Positions 53,285 through 64,000 of a stretch of 64,000 nucleotides of DNA are shown here, piece by piece. How positions within the stretch are numbered: position 1 is the stretch's first letter; every line of letters starts with the position of its first letter. A program made the translations under genes and the position numbers. This DNA is from Octopus vulgaris (taxonomy: Eukaryota): contig OX597817.1 of the NCBI GenBank assembly GCA_951406725.2, positions 114,638,001 to 114,702,000 on the forward strand. The letters run 5' to 3'. The notes beneath the pieces were generated by a model. It searched no databases and was not told the DNA's origin. It saw only the letters and a list, made by a program, of their open reading frames with translations.

Positions 53285-54544
53285 ATTGATCCCAGTACTT
53301 TTCTTTTTCAAGCCTGATACTTATTCTTACAGTCTCTTTTGATAAACCAAGTTACAGGGACATAAACACACCAACACCGGTTGTCAAGTGGTTGTGGAGA
53401 CAAACACATGATATATATGATGGGCTTCTTACAGTTTCCTTCTCCCAAATTCACTCACAAAGTTTTGAAGCTATAGTAGAAAACATTTGCTCAAAGTGTC
53501 TTGCAGTGAAACTGAACCTGGAACCATGTGGTTGGGAAGAAACTTACCACAGAGCCTTGCCCGCACCTTCACTAGCTTCACTATTGTTTCTCATTTTCAA
53601 CCAGACCAACAGTCTATCTTCTCCACAAGAAGACACCTGTTCCTCCATCATACTTTTTGAAGGACTTTCTGAATGGCAACCTAAATGAAAAAAACAAAAC
53701 TACCTTGAGTTTTTTAGTAGTGTGGCCCACTTTATGATTCCCTTGTAGCTGCTTCTTGGAAAAGGTTGCCTATGCTTGATCTAGACAGTAAGTCTTGGGC
53801 TATGTTTTTCAAATGTGTCCTTGGTATTTCATGAAAACAAGGAATTGTTTGAGAGAGATTTGGTTGTTATTTCAAGCTAATTGAATGCCTGCTTAAAGGT
53901 CTCTCCCTTATTTAAGAGGGTGGTGGATATGTCTTTTCCAAGTAACGGTATTTTCTTTTCTCCTCATTGTGTTTGATGGTAAGCTTCGGTGGAACCATTG
54001 ATGGAAATGACGTTATTTATGACACTTTGAAGGAGAAGACTAATAATGTCTTTGATGAGAAGTTGTGCTAGAACTGGTAAAGGAAATAGTGACATTTGTG
54101 ACACATTTGAGTGGGATTGACAATGACTTAGCATCTCCAGGCTAAATTCAATTATATGTTTACACCTACCCATGCACATACACAGATGTTCCACACATAT
54201 GATATGACTTTAGAATCATTTTCTGGTGAATGTTTTACTTAGAAATAATGTCACCATCAATCATTATTTATTAATTGTTTATCTGTTTAGCTACTTTATA
54301 CCACTGATGGTGTCACAGGAAAACTGAATTTGAAGTGATCCTAATGGTATCCTCCTGTCCTCAAAAATCTCTATCATAATGATGTTAATGTAAGTATATT
54401 TGTATGTGTAGCCAACATGTGGCCAGTACATCCTTCATTGGATGTACAGGCACCTTACACCAAATACCTCTGAAGCGATGAAAAAGAAAGTGTTTGAGAA
54501 AGAGGTGGAGAGAGAAAGAGATAAATAGAGATAGGGAGGGAGAG

Positions 54545-54592
<48 letters not shown>

Positions 54593-55102
54593 GGATGCTT
54601 TTCACTGTATTGTTGTCAGACCTTCTGATCTTATCCTTTTGACTTAAATAAAACCTATTTTGGACAATGTAGCTCTTGATACACAAAAGGACAAGAAGGC
54701 TGGAATACTTCTTCATCATGGGTCTGTTTGATCAGGATTGATCTCCGGCTGAACTTCAGCCAATCTTCAAGCCAATGAGGGAAGATCCTCTGCTCGTTCA
54801 CTCAACATACTTAAAATATTTGTCAAATTTCTCTAAAATCACAGGATGAATTTAATTTAAGAGAAGACATTATGGACAATATAGTTCCTATCATCATCAT
54901 CATCACACATTCATCTTACCATTTTTACATAGGTTAGATGGAATTTGTTGAGGCAGATTCTCTTCAGTTAGATGCCATTCCTACCATTAACTCCCACATA
55001 TTTCCAAGCAATGTAATATTTTCTCATAGTCAGACATTTTTCATGGAAAACTGGACACAAGCAATCTCATTCATTCACTCATTTATAACTATTAACTATA
55101 TA

Positions 55103-55165
<63 letters not shown>

Positions 55166-55184
55166 CATATACATATATCTGTGT

Positions 55185-55475
55185 GTATGGCTTAGTGGTT
55201 AGGGTGTTGAACTCATGATCATGAGATTGTGATTTCAATTCCCTAGACTCGGTGGTGCATTGCGTTCTTGAGCGAAACACTTCATCTTGCATTGCTCTGT
55301 GATCATTTGGACACCTGACGTACACAGTGCACCTGTTCAGACCATGTCGATTTGATGGAGAGAGTGAGCTAATGTGTGGCATGAACATTTGATCACTATA
55401 AACAAGTCATTTGTGCAGGTCGTTCAGCAAAAGCTGAACACTTATATATCATTTTCCATGGGAGAGTCCATCATC
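55185..55475 (+). mobile_element. Family C head with alternative body (same as 25812)
   Basis: TGGCTTAGTGGTTAGGGTG head; GATCACTATAAACAA body block. Confidence 0.78.
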
Positions 55476-55581
55476 TATCATATAAAATAGATCTCTGTGT
55501 GAGTGTACTCATTTTTCAATCAAAAATGGCTGTGCAAATTGGTTCCATTCTTGGGATATATGAATAATTTGACCTCAGATA

Positions 55582-56771
55582 TTAGGTCATCAAGTATGAA
55601 ATTTGTAGTAAGGTATATGGTAAACTTTGACAGCTGCTCATTTTGTGCCATTGTTATATTTTGCCAATCTTTATTTTTTATGAGAAAGCTGACACATCTA
55701 TTTCTTTATTCTAACTCATTTTGAGTTTTATAAAGTATTTATAAATCGTATTTTCCTATTTTTGTTTAGAGAGAGATAAGTCGGAAATTTGTAGTTTTGA
55801 AATATGAATTCTTTCTTGGAAATACAGCATCACAGATAGCTCAGAATATTAATGGAATATTTCATTCTAATGCTATTACACAGCTCACAAATGAGCAACA
55901 TGGTCGACCAGAAACAAAGGTGGATAATGACGAACTGAATGCCAACATCAAGACAGATGCCTCGCAAAGTGCCTGTAAATTATTGTTATTGTTTGGTGTT
56001 AGCAAGCAAACAATATTGACTCACCTAGTTCAAATTGGTAAAGCGAAAACGTTGGATAATTGGGTTCTACATGAATTCAATGAAAACCAAAAATGGCATT
56101 ATACCTGCATTATATTACTTTCTCGTCACAAATATGAATAATTTTTGAATTGAACTGTAACATGTGATGAGAAATGGATCCAATACAACAACCGTAAATG
56201 TTCAGCACAATGGCTGGACAAAGACAAGCCACCATAACAGTCCAAAAAGCAAAATTCATCAAAAGAAGCTGATGGTGTGTGTTTGGTGGTCTGGCGCAGG
56301 TGGCCAAAGTATACTGCAGCCAACTGGACCAAATGATGTAGAAACTTACAAAACACAATCTAGATTAGTCAACTGATCCCCTCCTAATTTATTGCAAGAT
56401 GATGCCAGACCACACATTGCAAAAATGACATTGGCGAAACTACAGGAATTGGAGTTGGAAGTTCTCCATCATCCACCATACTCACCTGATCTTGCCCCCA
56501 CTGACTACCACTTCTTCCAGAATTTGGATAACTTTCTGATAGGAAAAAAATTTAATTTCGACGATGCTGTAAAACAGGCCTTCTAAAATTTTATTGAATC
56601 TAGATTGCTGCCACGCTTTTACAGTTTGGGGTTGGACAAACTATTGCTGAAATGGCAAAAGTGTATTGACAATATGGGTGCATACTTTGATGAATAAAAC
56701 TATTCCTTGTATTTATAAAATGTTAGCAAACTTTTTTTTCTTTTCTACAAATTTCATACTTGACAACCTAA
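55582..56771 (+). mobile_element. Decayed mariner transposon (cecropia/Hsmar1-like), 1190 bp
   Basis: TA-flanked ~27 bp TIRs TTAGGTCATCAAGTATGAAATTTGTAG / CTACAAATTTCATACTTGACAACCTAA. Confidence 0.95.
55770..56697 (+). pseudogene. DD34D mariner transposase pseudogene
   Basis: GRP, WVLHEFNENQK (WVPHEL motif), TCDEKWIQY, QDDARPH...HPPYSPDLAPTDYHFF with 34 residues between the 2nd and 3rd catalytic D; broken by stops and frameshifts. Confidence 0.95.
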
Positions 56772-57588
56772 TACATAATAGGGTCTTCGTTTTATTTTTT
56801 TTTATTAAAAATAAATAATACTGCGTTATATATATATATGATTCACTTCTTTAAAAAGGTTTTTCAATGTCAGCTTCTGGTATTGACATAGTAACTACCT
56901 AAACAATATCAATTTGTTGCAGGCGAAATTTTCTGTTTTCATTTACAAAGCCTCTCATTCTCTATTTTAATATTTTCATTTCAAGTTTTCAGTCACTTTT
57001 TACAAACAGCTACGATAAATTACGGAAAGAAATATTTACTAAGCAAGTGAGATTTTTTTATGAATTGAAGTTTTCAAAAAAATCAACTTTCTGAACTTCC
57101 TTTTATTATTGAATATTTCAAGTTCTCAAATTTAAATATTCGGCACAAGATAGTTTTTAATGAGCTTTTATTTATATGAATTTTTCATTTCATGTTTATT
57201 TCCTTCCTCGTTTGCAATGTTCTCTCCCCTGCTGTCTGTCTCTCTCTCTCTCTCTCTCACACTGTCTCTCCCTAACATAAATGCACACACTGTCTCTGTA
57301 ATATAAACACACACTCCAGGTTTTATTTTGTTGTTACACAAATATCACATTACAATTTTACAATTCAACACGCAATGTCCAAAAAAATATGAGCAGTTTT
57401 TTGCTTGAACCCACACACTTTGTTAATTTCCGTAACAATTATTTATTTATTTACTTTCCGTGTACTGTGTTCAGCTCTATGTATTTGTAGTCAGTCACAA
57501 ATGCACATGTGTGTTTTTGTATGTACGTTTGTATGTATGCATTTATGTATGTGTGTGTTTGTGTGTCTGTGAGAGAGAGATGGAGAGA

Positions 57589-57629
<41 letters not shown>

Positions 57630-58099
57630 TGAAGGTGTGTGTGGTCATGTATACATTCATACATAAATATATATAAGCATACACACACACATGCACACAT
57701 ACATATAAAAAAGATGTATGCATATTTATGTATGTATGTATGTATGTATATCTGACACACCCCTTCACTCAACCTCTCTCTCTTTCACACATGTCCATTA
57801 CATATGTACATATGTACACACATCTTTCACTTTCTCCTCTCTTCTACTTTAAAACAAAAGTAAATAAATCAAAAAATAAATCAAAAAACAGCTGTTCATT
57901 TGAGCATTTCTGTGATTTCCCCCAAAAGAATGCCAAAATATGCAACTAAAAAAGAACATTTAGCAACAAAGGCATGATGGCAGACAATATCATAAAAATT
58001 ATTAGAATTGGGAATCAAATGTGAAAATATTATCAAGTGGTTAGCAGAAAACTGCCCAGAGGGCAGTCTTTCTGCTAGTATATATATATGTAGATATAA

Positions 58100-58362
58100 A
58101 AATAAAAAAATAAATGCACCCTTTTAAAGCCTAGCCAGGCTCATGGGCCCGATTCCCCAGTTTCAATGGCGTATGTGTTCCCCAGCTGGATGGGACGCCA
58201 GTCCATTGCAGCGTTACTCATTTTTGCCAGCTGAGTGGACTGGAGCAATGTAAAATGAAGTGCTTTGCTCAAGAACACAACGTGTTGCCTGGTCCAGGAA
58301 TCAAAACCACAATCTTGTGATCATGATGCTGACACCCTAACCACTAAGACACGCACCTCCAC
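58100..58362 (-). mobile_element. SINE family C, full length
   Basis: Reverse complement of the 25489 and 34528 copies. Confidence 0.92.
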
Positions 58363-59055
58363 ATATGTAAATTATTAAGGTGTCTATTCGTAATTGAAAT
58401 ATCAAAAGGCACAAGTACAATCATCACTAAAGTAACTAATGGTTCAAATCAGCTCCAGCATTGCTAGAAATAAGAGTCAAAGCAACTCTTAACCATGGGT
58501 AGAGCACTTACCTATTGACAAGGGAGAGCAACCTCCCTCCAGTAATATATAACAGGCTACTTTCAGTTTCTTTCTTATGACATCCAGTCACAAGACTTTC
58601 GTTGGTTTGTAGCTATAGTAGAACACATCTGCTCAAGATGCTACACAGTGGGACTGAAGACCAGACTACATTGTTGAGAAGCAAGCTTCTTAATCAGACA
58701 CCCAAGCCTGCAGCTACACATCAATGCCTGTTAAAGTGGTAATGGGTAAAGATAGCCTTGCTGGTTGTATGCCTCATTACACTTAATGGTTTTTTAGTCA
58801 TAACACTTGTCTTGATAATGGGGCTGAGTTCACTTGATGCTGAGTATATGCTCTGTCAGCCTTTAAACTCATTTTCTGATAATAGCTGAACGGACTGGAG
58901 AAACTTGAAGTAAAGTGCTTCAGTCCAGGGCACAACATGCTTCCAAGACCAGAAATGGAAGAAATGGCCTTATTGTCAAGAGCTTAGCTGTCTAACCATT
59001 AGTCCACACATCATATTATCATGCACGCACACAATCACACAAACACAAACACACA

Positions 59056-59124
<69 letters not shown>

Positions 59125-59128
<4 letters not shown>

Positions 59129-59325
59129 TTTTACTATAGACGCAAAGCTAGCAGAAGGAGGTTAGTCAAATACAGTGATCCCTGTACTCAACTGGTACTT
59201 ATTTCATCAACCCGGATGTGATGAAAAGCTGACCTTGTTGAAATTTGAACCCAGAAAGTAAAGCTGAATGAAATGCCACTAAGCATTTCATCCAGCGTGC
59301 TCATGATTCTACCAGCTTGCCACCT
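59125..59325 (-). mobile_element. SINE family A copy, degenerate
   Basis: CTCAACTGGTACTTATTT, AATTTGAACCCAGAA, GATTCTACCAGC. Confidence 0.7.
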
Positions 59326-59897
59326 TACACACACACACACATGTATATATGCATACATACATACATACATAATATATCAGTGTTGCCTTACTGGCACTTG
59401 TGCCAGTGTGCAGGTGACACGTAAAAAAAAAACATGATATTCCATGACCGTTGCCGGTACCACCTGACTGGCCCTCATGCCGGTGACACATAAAAGCACC
59501 CACTATACTCTTGGAGTGGTTGGCGTTAGGAAGGGCATCCAGTTGTAGAAACTCTGCCAAATCAAGATTGGAGCCTGGTGATTCTACCAGCTTGCCACCT
59601 TACACACACACACACACACACATGTATACATGCATACATACATACATGCATCATACATATATGCATCATACATACATATATAATATATCAGTGTCCCCTT
59701 ACTGGCACTTGTGCCGGTGTGCAGGTGACACGTAAAAAAAAAAAAAAACACGATATTCCATGACTGTTGCCAGTACCACCTGACTGGCCCTCATGCCGGT
59801 GGCACATAAAAAGAACCTACTATACTCTTGGAGTGGTTGGCGTTAGGAAGGGCATCCAGCTGTAGAAACTCTGCCAAATCAAGATTGGAGCCTGGTG
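59304..59897 (+). repeat. Tandem duplication (59304-59578 / 59579-59897) of family A end, microsatellite and family D segment
   Basis: Both units start TGATTCTACCAGCTTGCCACCTTAC and end AAGATTGGAGCCTGG; the second continues to the (GAT)n tail at ~59978. Confidence 0.9.
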
Positions 59898-60324
59898 CAG
59901 CCATCTGGTTAGCCAGTCCTCATTCAAATCGTCTAACCCATGCTAGCATGGAAAGCAGACGTAAAACGATGATGATGAGGATAATGATGATAGAATTGGT
60001 GGTGGGGATGATGATAATGATGATGACGGTGATGATAAAGTGGAGGAAGAGGAGGATGAGGAGCAGTAGGAGGAGCTGAAAAATTTGTAAATTATTATAC
60101 ACAGTTGAAGTGGTGGTGTCATTTCATATGTCTTCCTTCATTAAGATAAGCTTGATATGTAACAGAACACTTTGTTTATGTTGAAAGTCATATTTGCAAT
60201 ATTCCTATTTTCTCAAACAATATCAGGCCTAGCTAGCAGGTGGTCGATGAGATCATTTTTCCATCACATATATTTGGCTTCAATCTGCGCTATATTTTTA
60301 TTTATTTATATATTTCTTCATTTA

Positions 60325-60576
60325 TGTGTGTATGTGTTGTGTGTGTGTCTCGCTATATGTATATGTATGTGTATGTATGATATCTATACATATATACATA
60401 CATACATATATACATGTGTAAATATATATTTATGTATGCGTATATATATGTATATGCATATACGTATAAGTATATATACCTGTATATCTGCTGTGTGTAT
60501 ATGCATACATATGCATACATACATGGATACATACACACACACATGCATATACATTTATATACATACATATATGTGT

Positions 60577-60609
<33 letters not shown>

Positions 60610-60616
60610 CATATAT

Positions 60617-60673
<57 letters not shown>

Positions 60674-60780
60674 AATCTTTATACGCATGCATATATATGT
60701 ATATGGACATGTATACATATATATGTGTGTGTGTGTATGTATGTATCTATATGTGTGTGTATATACACACACACACACAA
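60325..60780. repeat. (TA)n/(TG)n/(CA)n compound microsatellite
   Basis: Directly visible. Confidence 0.95.
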
Positions 60781-61596
60781 ATGAAGGCAGTTGTGGTGGA
60801 AACAGAGAGAACAGAAATGGCAGTAAACCGATAGAACCAAGCTAAAAGAGAATATTATAATATATTCTTGTGATTAATAAATAACAATGGTATTCCTGAA
60901 GGAGAGATATCCAATAATATATTCTGCTCATATCTCCAAATTATAATTTTTTCTTCTTGTTTTTGTCTCAGTTTTATTTATCTCACTTCTTATGTAACCT
61001 TAAGCAAAAACATAAATTTTTTTGATTTAGTTTTTCTCTTCTTTATTTAGTTTTTGCTTGATAATATTTCAGCAAACTAAGGTTAATTAATTTTGGTGTA
61101 GGATTTTGTAGTACTTGATTTTCTCCTTAAAGAGAGGAAAGGGGGTGGAAAAACTCAAAATCACAGAAAATAAAGGATCCTATATTTTACTTTATCTATA
61201 AATATTATTATATTTAAGACTGTGTCTCTTTTGTGTTTTTGTGTGTATTTGTGTGAATATTAAAAAGTAATTGCCATAATCATTTTTGCTGTTGGAGAAA
61301 AAAAATGTAATTTAAAAAAAAATAACTTTATTCACATCTGGAAAAGTGAATTCTATACAGAAAATTTATAATATGATTTTTTTCTCTTTTTTTTTCACAT
61401 TTGGATCCTGTAATCTCTTGAACAGAATTTTTGTTTGTTTTTGTAAAATGTATCATGAATACATTACACATAGTAATAAAGCACCTCTGTTTGCATGTTA
61501 ATGCTACTAAGAGAAGGCAGATCAGACTAGGGATGAGCTGTGAAAATTAAGAGGTCAGTGAACCTCACAGATTTGAAACATTGAAATAATTTATTC

Positions 61597-62162
61597 AGGT
61601 GCAGGTGTGGCTCTGTGGTAAGAAGTTTGTTTCCCAGCCATATAGTTCTGGGTTCAGTCCCACTGCAGAGCACTTTGAGCAAGTGACTTCTATTTTAACC
61701 CCAGGCTTTGGAAGTACATTTCATAAACAGAAGCTGAAAGAAGCCTATTGTATATATATTCTTTCATTCTTTTACTTGTTTCAGTCATTTGACTGTGGCC
61801 ATGCTGGAGCACCACCTTTAGTTGAACTAAATTGACTCCAGGACTTATTCTTTGTAAACCTAGTACTTATTCTATCAGTCTGTTTTGCCAAACTGCTAAG
61901 TGACAGGGAGATAAACACACCAATATTAGTTGTCAAGCGATAGTGGGGTACAAACAAAGACACAAATAACAATCACACATATATATATATACATATATAT
62001 ATATATACAACAGGCTTCTTTCAGTTTCCATCTACCAAATCCGCTCGCAAGGCTTTGGTCAGCCTAAAATGATAGTAGAAGACACTTGCGCAAGATGCCA
62101 CACAGTGGGACTGAACCTGGAACCATGTGGTTGGGAAGCTGGCTTCTTACCACACAACCACT
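61597..62162. mobile_element. Inverted pair of family B elements (+ head 61597-61750; - full copy 61765-62162)
   Basis: Alignment to other B copies. Confidence 0.85.
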
Positions 62163-62167
62163 ATATA

Positions 62168-62741
62168 ATTAATAGAGGTCTCAAAAGTGACAGAGGGTTC
62201 TGACTAGTATCGCTTTTGCTAAAGATAAGGGTTAAACTAACTCAAAAGCCACAAAATCCCTGTCTTAATGACTGACATTAAGACAGTAATTATGTGGCTT
62301 TTGAGTTAATTTAAATCTTATCTTTAGCAAAGCAGTGTTAGTCAGTACTCTCTGTCATTTTTGTGACCTCTATTAATTTTGCCTTTAGGTTCCAATTGCT
62401 AATAAGCCACTCTTTTTAATTTGTTTACACTTTTACTGTTTTGAAAATCAGCACACATTATCTATGGTTTTCTTATAAGTTGAGTTTAACTCTAGGTGTT
62501 AAGAGCCGCTGATGAGGATTAAGATGGTCTACATCAAAATTGGAAATCGCGGTCCAGCATTATATGAGGGGGATTTACCTCCCTTTGTCAGTCATTAAGA
62601 CAGTGATTTTGTGGCTCTCGAGTTAGTTTACCTATCATCTTTAGTAAAAGCAGTGTTAGTCAGTACCCTCTGTCATTTTTGTGACCTCTATTAATGTTGC
62701 CTTTTGGTTCTAATTGCTAATAAGCCTCCCTTTTTAATTTG

Positions 62742-62743
<2 letters not shown>
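62168..62743 (+). mobile_element. Retrozyme / Penelope-pLTR-like element: inverted arm plus ~1.5 tandem 317 nt monomers with a hammerhead
   Basis: 62168-62276 is the reverse complement of 62276-62377; 62276-62425 is repeated at 62593-62743; hammerhead lies between; ends in (TA)n. Confidence 0.75.
62505..62558 (+). ncRNA. Type I hammerhead ribozyme motif, slightly decayed
   Basis: GCCG-CTGATGA-g-GATT-aa-GATG-gtcta-CATC-aa-AATT-g-GAAA-T-CGCG-G-TC-CAGC; intact core, palindromic CGCG loop III, GUC triplet; one CpG-type mismatch in stem I. Confidence 0.75.
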
Positions 62744-62793
<50 letters not shown>

Positions 62794-62824
62794 AAAATAA
62801 TATGTGACAATTATTCGGCAGCCA

Positions 62825-62885
62825 AGATAAAACTGAGTTTCGGATGCCGAGGTGGAAATCCACACCACCATCTCTTCGGTTATCT
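62825..62885 (-). ncRNA. Hammerhead variant motif in a ~205 bp (TA)n-flanked insert (62791-62995)
   Basis: Minus strand: AGATAA-CCGAAGA-GATG...GTGG-attt-CCAC...CATC-c-GAAA-C-TCA-G-TT-TTATCT; 6 bp stem I, extended stem II, U4>C core change. Confidence 0.6.
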
Positions 62886-62990
62886 GTCCATCTTATGCAT
62901 GAAAGAACATATTATTTTACAGATAAATTTCCTCGATTTACATAATATTGAGGTCTCTGTCTTTCTTTCTTTTGTTATCTTACCGTTTTA

Positions 62991-63033
<43 letters not shown>

Positions 63034-63035
<2 letters not shown>

Positions 63036-63200
63036 AGGTGCAGGAGTGGCTGTATGGTAAGTAGCTTGCTTACCAACTACATGGTTCTGAGTTTAGTTCC
63101 ACTGCATGGTACCTTGTGCATGTGTCTTCTACTATACCACCTTTCAAAGTGGTCCCACAGCATTGCTGCTGTCAATGAATGAAATAAGTAAAAGATAAAA
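63034..63200 (+). mobile_element. Family B head fused to tail (large internal deletion)
   Basis: TAGGTGCAGGAGTGGCTG...GTCTTCTACTATA joined to GTGGTCCCACAGCA...GAAATAAGTAAAAGA. Confidence 0.78.
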
Positions 63201-64000
63201 AATAAATTGATACTTTATTCTATGAGCTTTCCATTTCTTTTTTTTTGGGGGGGGGGGGTTGAAAGAGGTTATGTCATGCAGCACCTCATTATCTATACAA
63301 GAAGCTGTGTACACAGATTAAATACTTACAGTAGGAGGCTTCAGCAACTTGTTCTTTCATATTGATGCATAAGTTTATTTTTAGGCATCACTTCTTTAAA
63401 GTAATGCTAAAATATAAGCTTTTGTATAAATCTGAAACACAAATGAAAATCTGCTTAGTTCAGCATTTGCTTAAAATTTGCTTTATCTCATCTGGCATGG
63501 GCAGTCATTTTCAAGAAGTGGGCTGCATGAGATATAGCTCGTCATCAGGCAGACAGTATTACTAAAAAATGCATATATTTAAAAAATTTTTGACAGGCAT
63601 GTCATTTAGAAAGCTCTGTGGGCCTATGCCTGATCTGCATTGAAAAGATAAACACATGGAAAATCATTCATTGTCATGTGTGCAGTAATATTCATTATTT
63701 GTGCATGTGTTATGTGTTTCATTGCTATTCTTTAAGTCCAGGTTGGTCCTGATCAAACAGATCTATGATGGAAAGGTATTCCAGCCTTGACAATCTTGTC
63801 TGTTTAGGGATATATAGAACTACATTATTTAATGTGATGCTGTCTCATATAAAAGGGTAGGATATGAAATGAGGTAGATTTGGCTGTTATTTTTTGCTGG
63901 TCAAGTAACCATATAGTGGCTCTCTTAAAGAGGCACTGAATACTGAAACAAAGTTAACTGTTCATCTAATTCCTGTTTGTTACATACAAACACCTAGTTT

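Overview
AT-rich eukaryotic DNA dense in repeats and microsatellites. I see no intact protein-coding gene; it looks like a large intron or intergenic region. The tRNA-headed SINE families and abundant (TA)n/(CA)n/(GAT)n/(TAGA)n tracts resemble octopus (coleoid cephalopod) genomes; that assignment is from recall, not a search. Nearly all ORFs in the supplied track are translated microsatellites or SINE pieces. Supported features: dozens of copies of four short retroposon families (my labels A-D, several with clear 14-17 bp TSDs), two decayed mariner transposons with TIRs, an ~800 bp Merlin-like foldback MITE carrying telomere-type repeats, a head-to-tail Helitron dimer, piggyBac- and Tc1-type MITEs, a tiny TG..CA solo-LTR-like family, and LINE remnants. 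The most interesting signal is five hammerhead-ribozyme-like motifs. They lie in sequence-unrelated non-coding inserts that all sit in or beside (TA)n tracts. One has a ~317 nt tandem monomer plus an inverted arm, and one has perfect 81 bp inverted repeats. These look like Penelope-like pLTR or retrozyme-type elements. All calls are by eye, and coordinates of degenerate copies are approximate.
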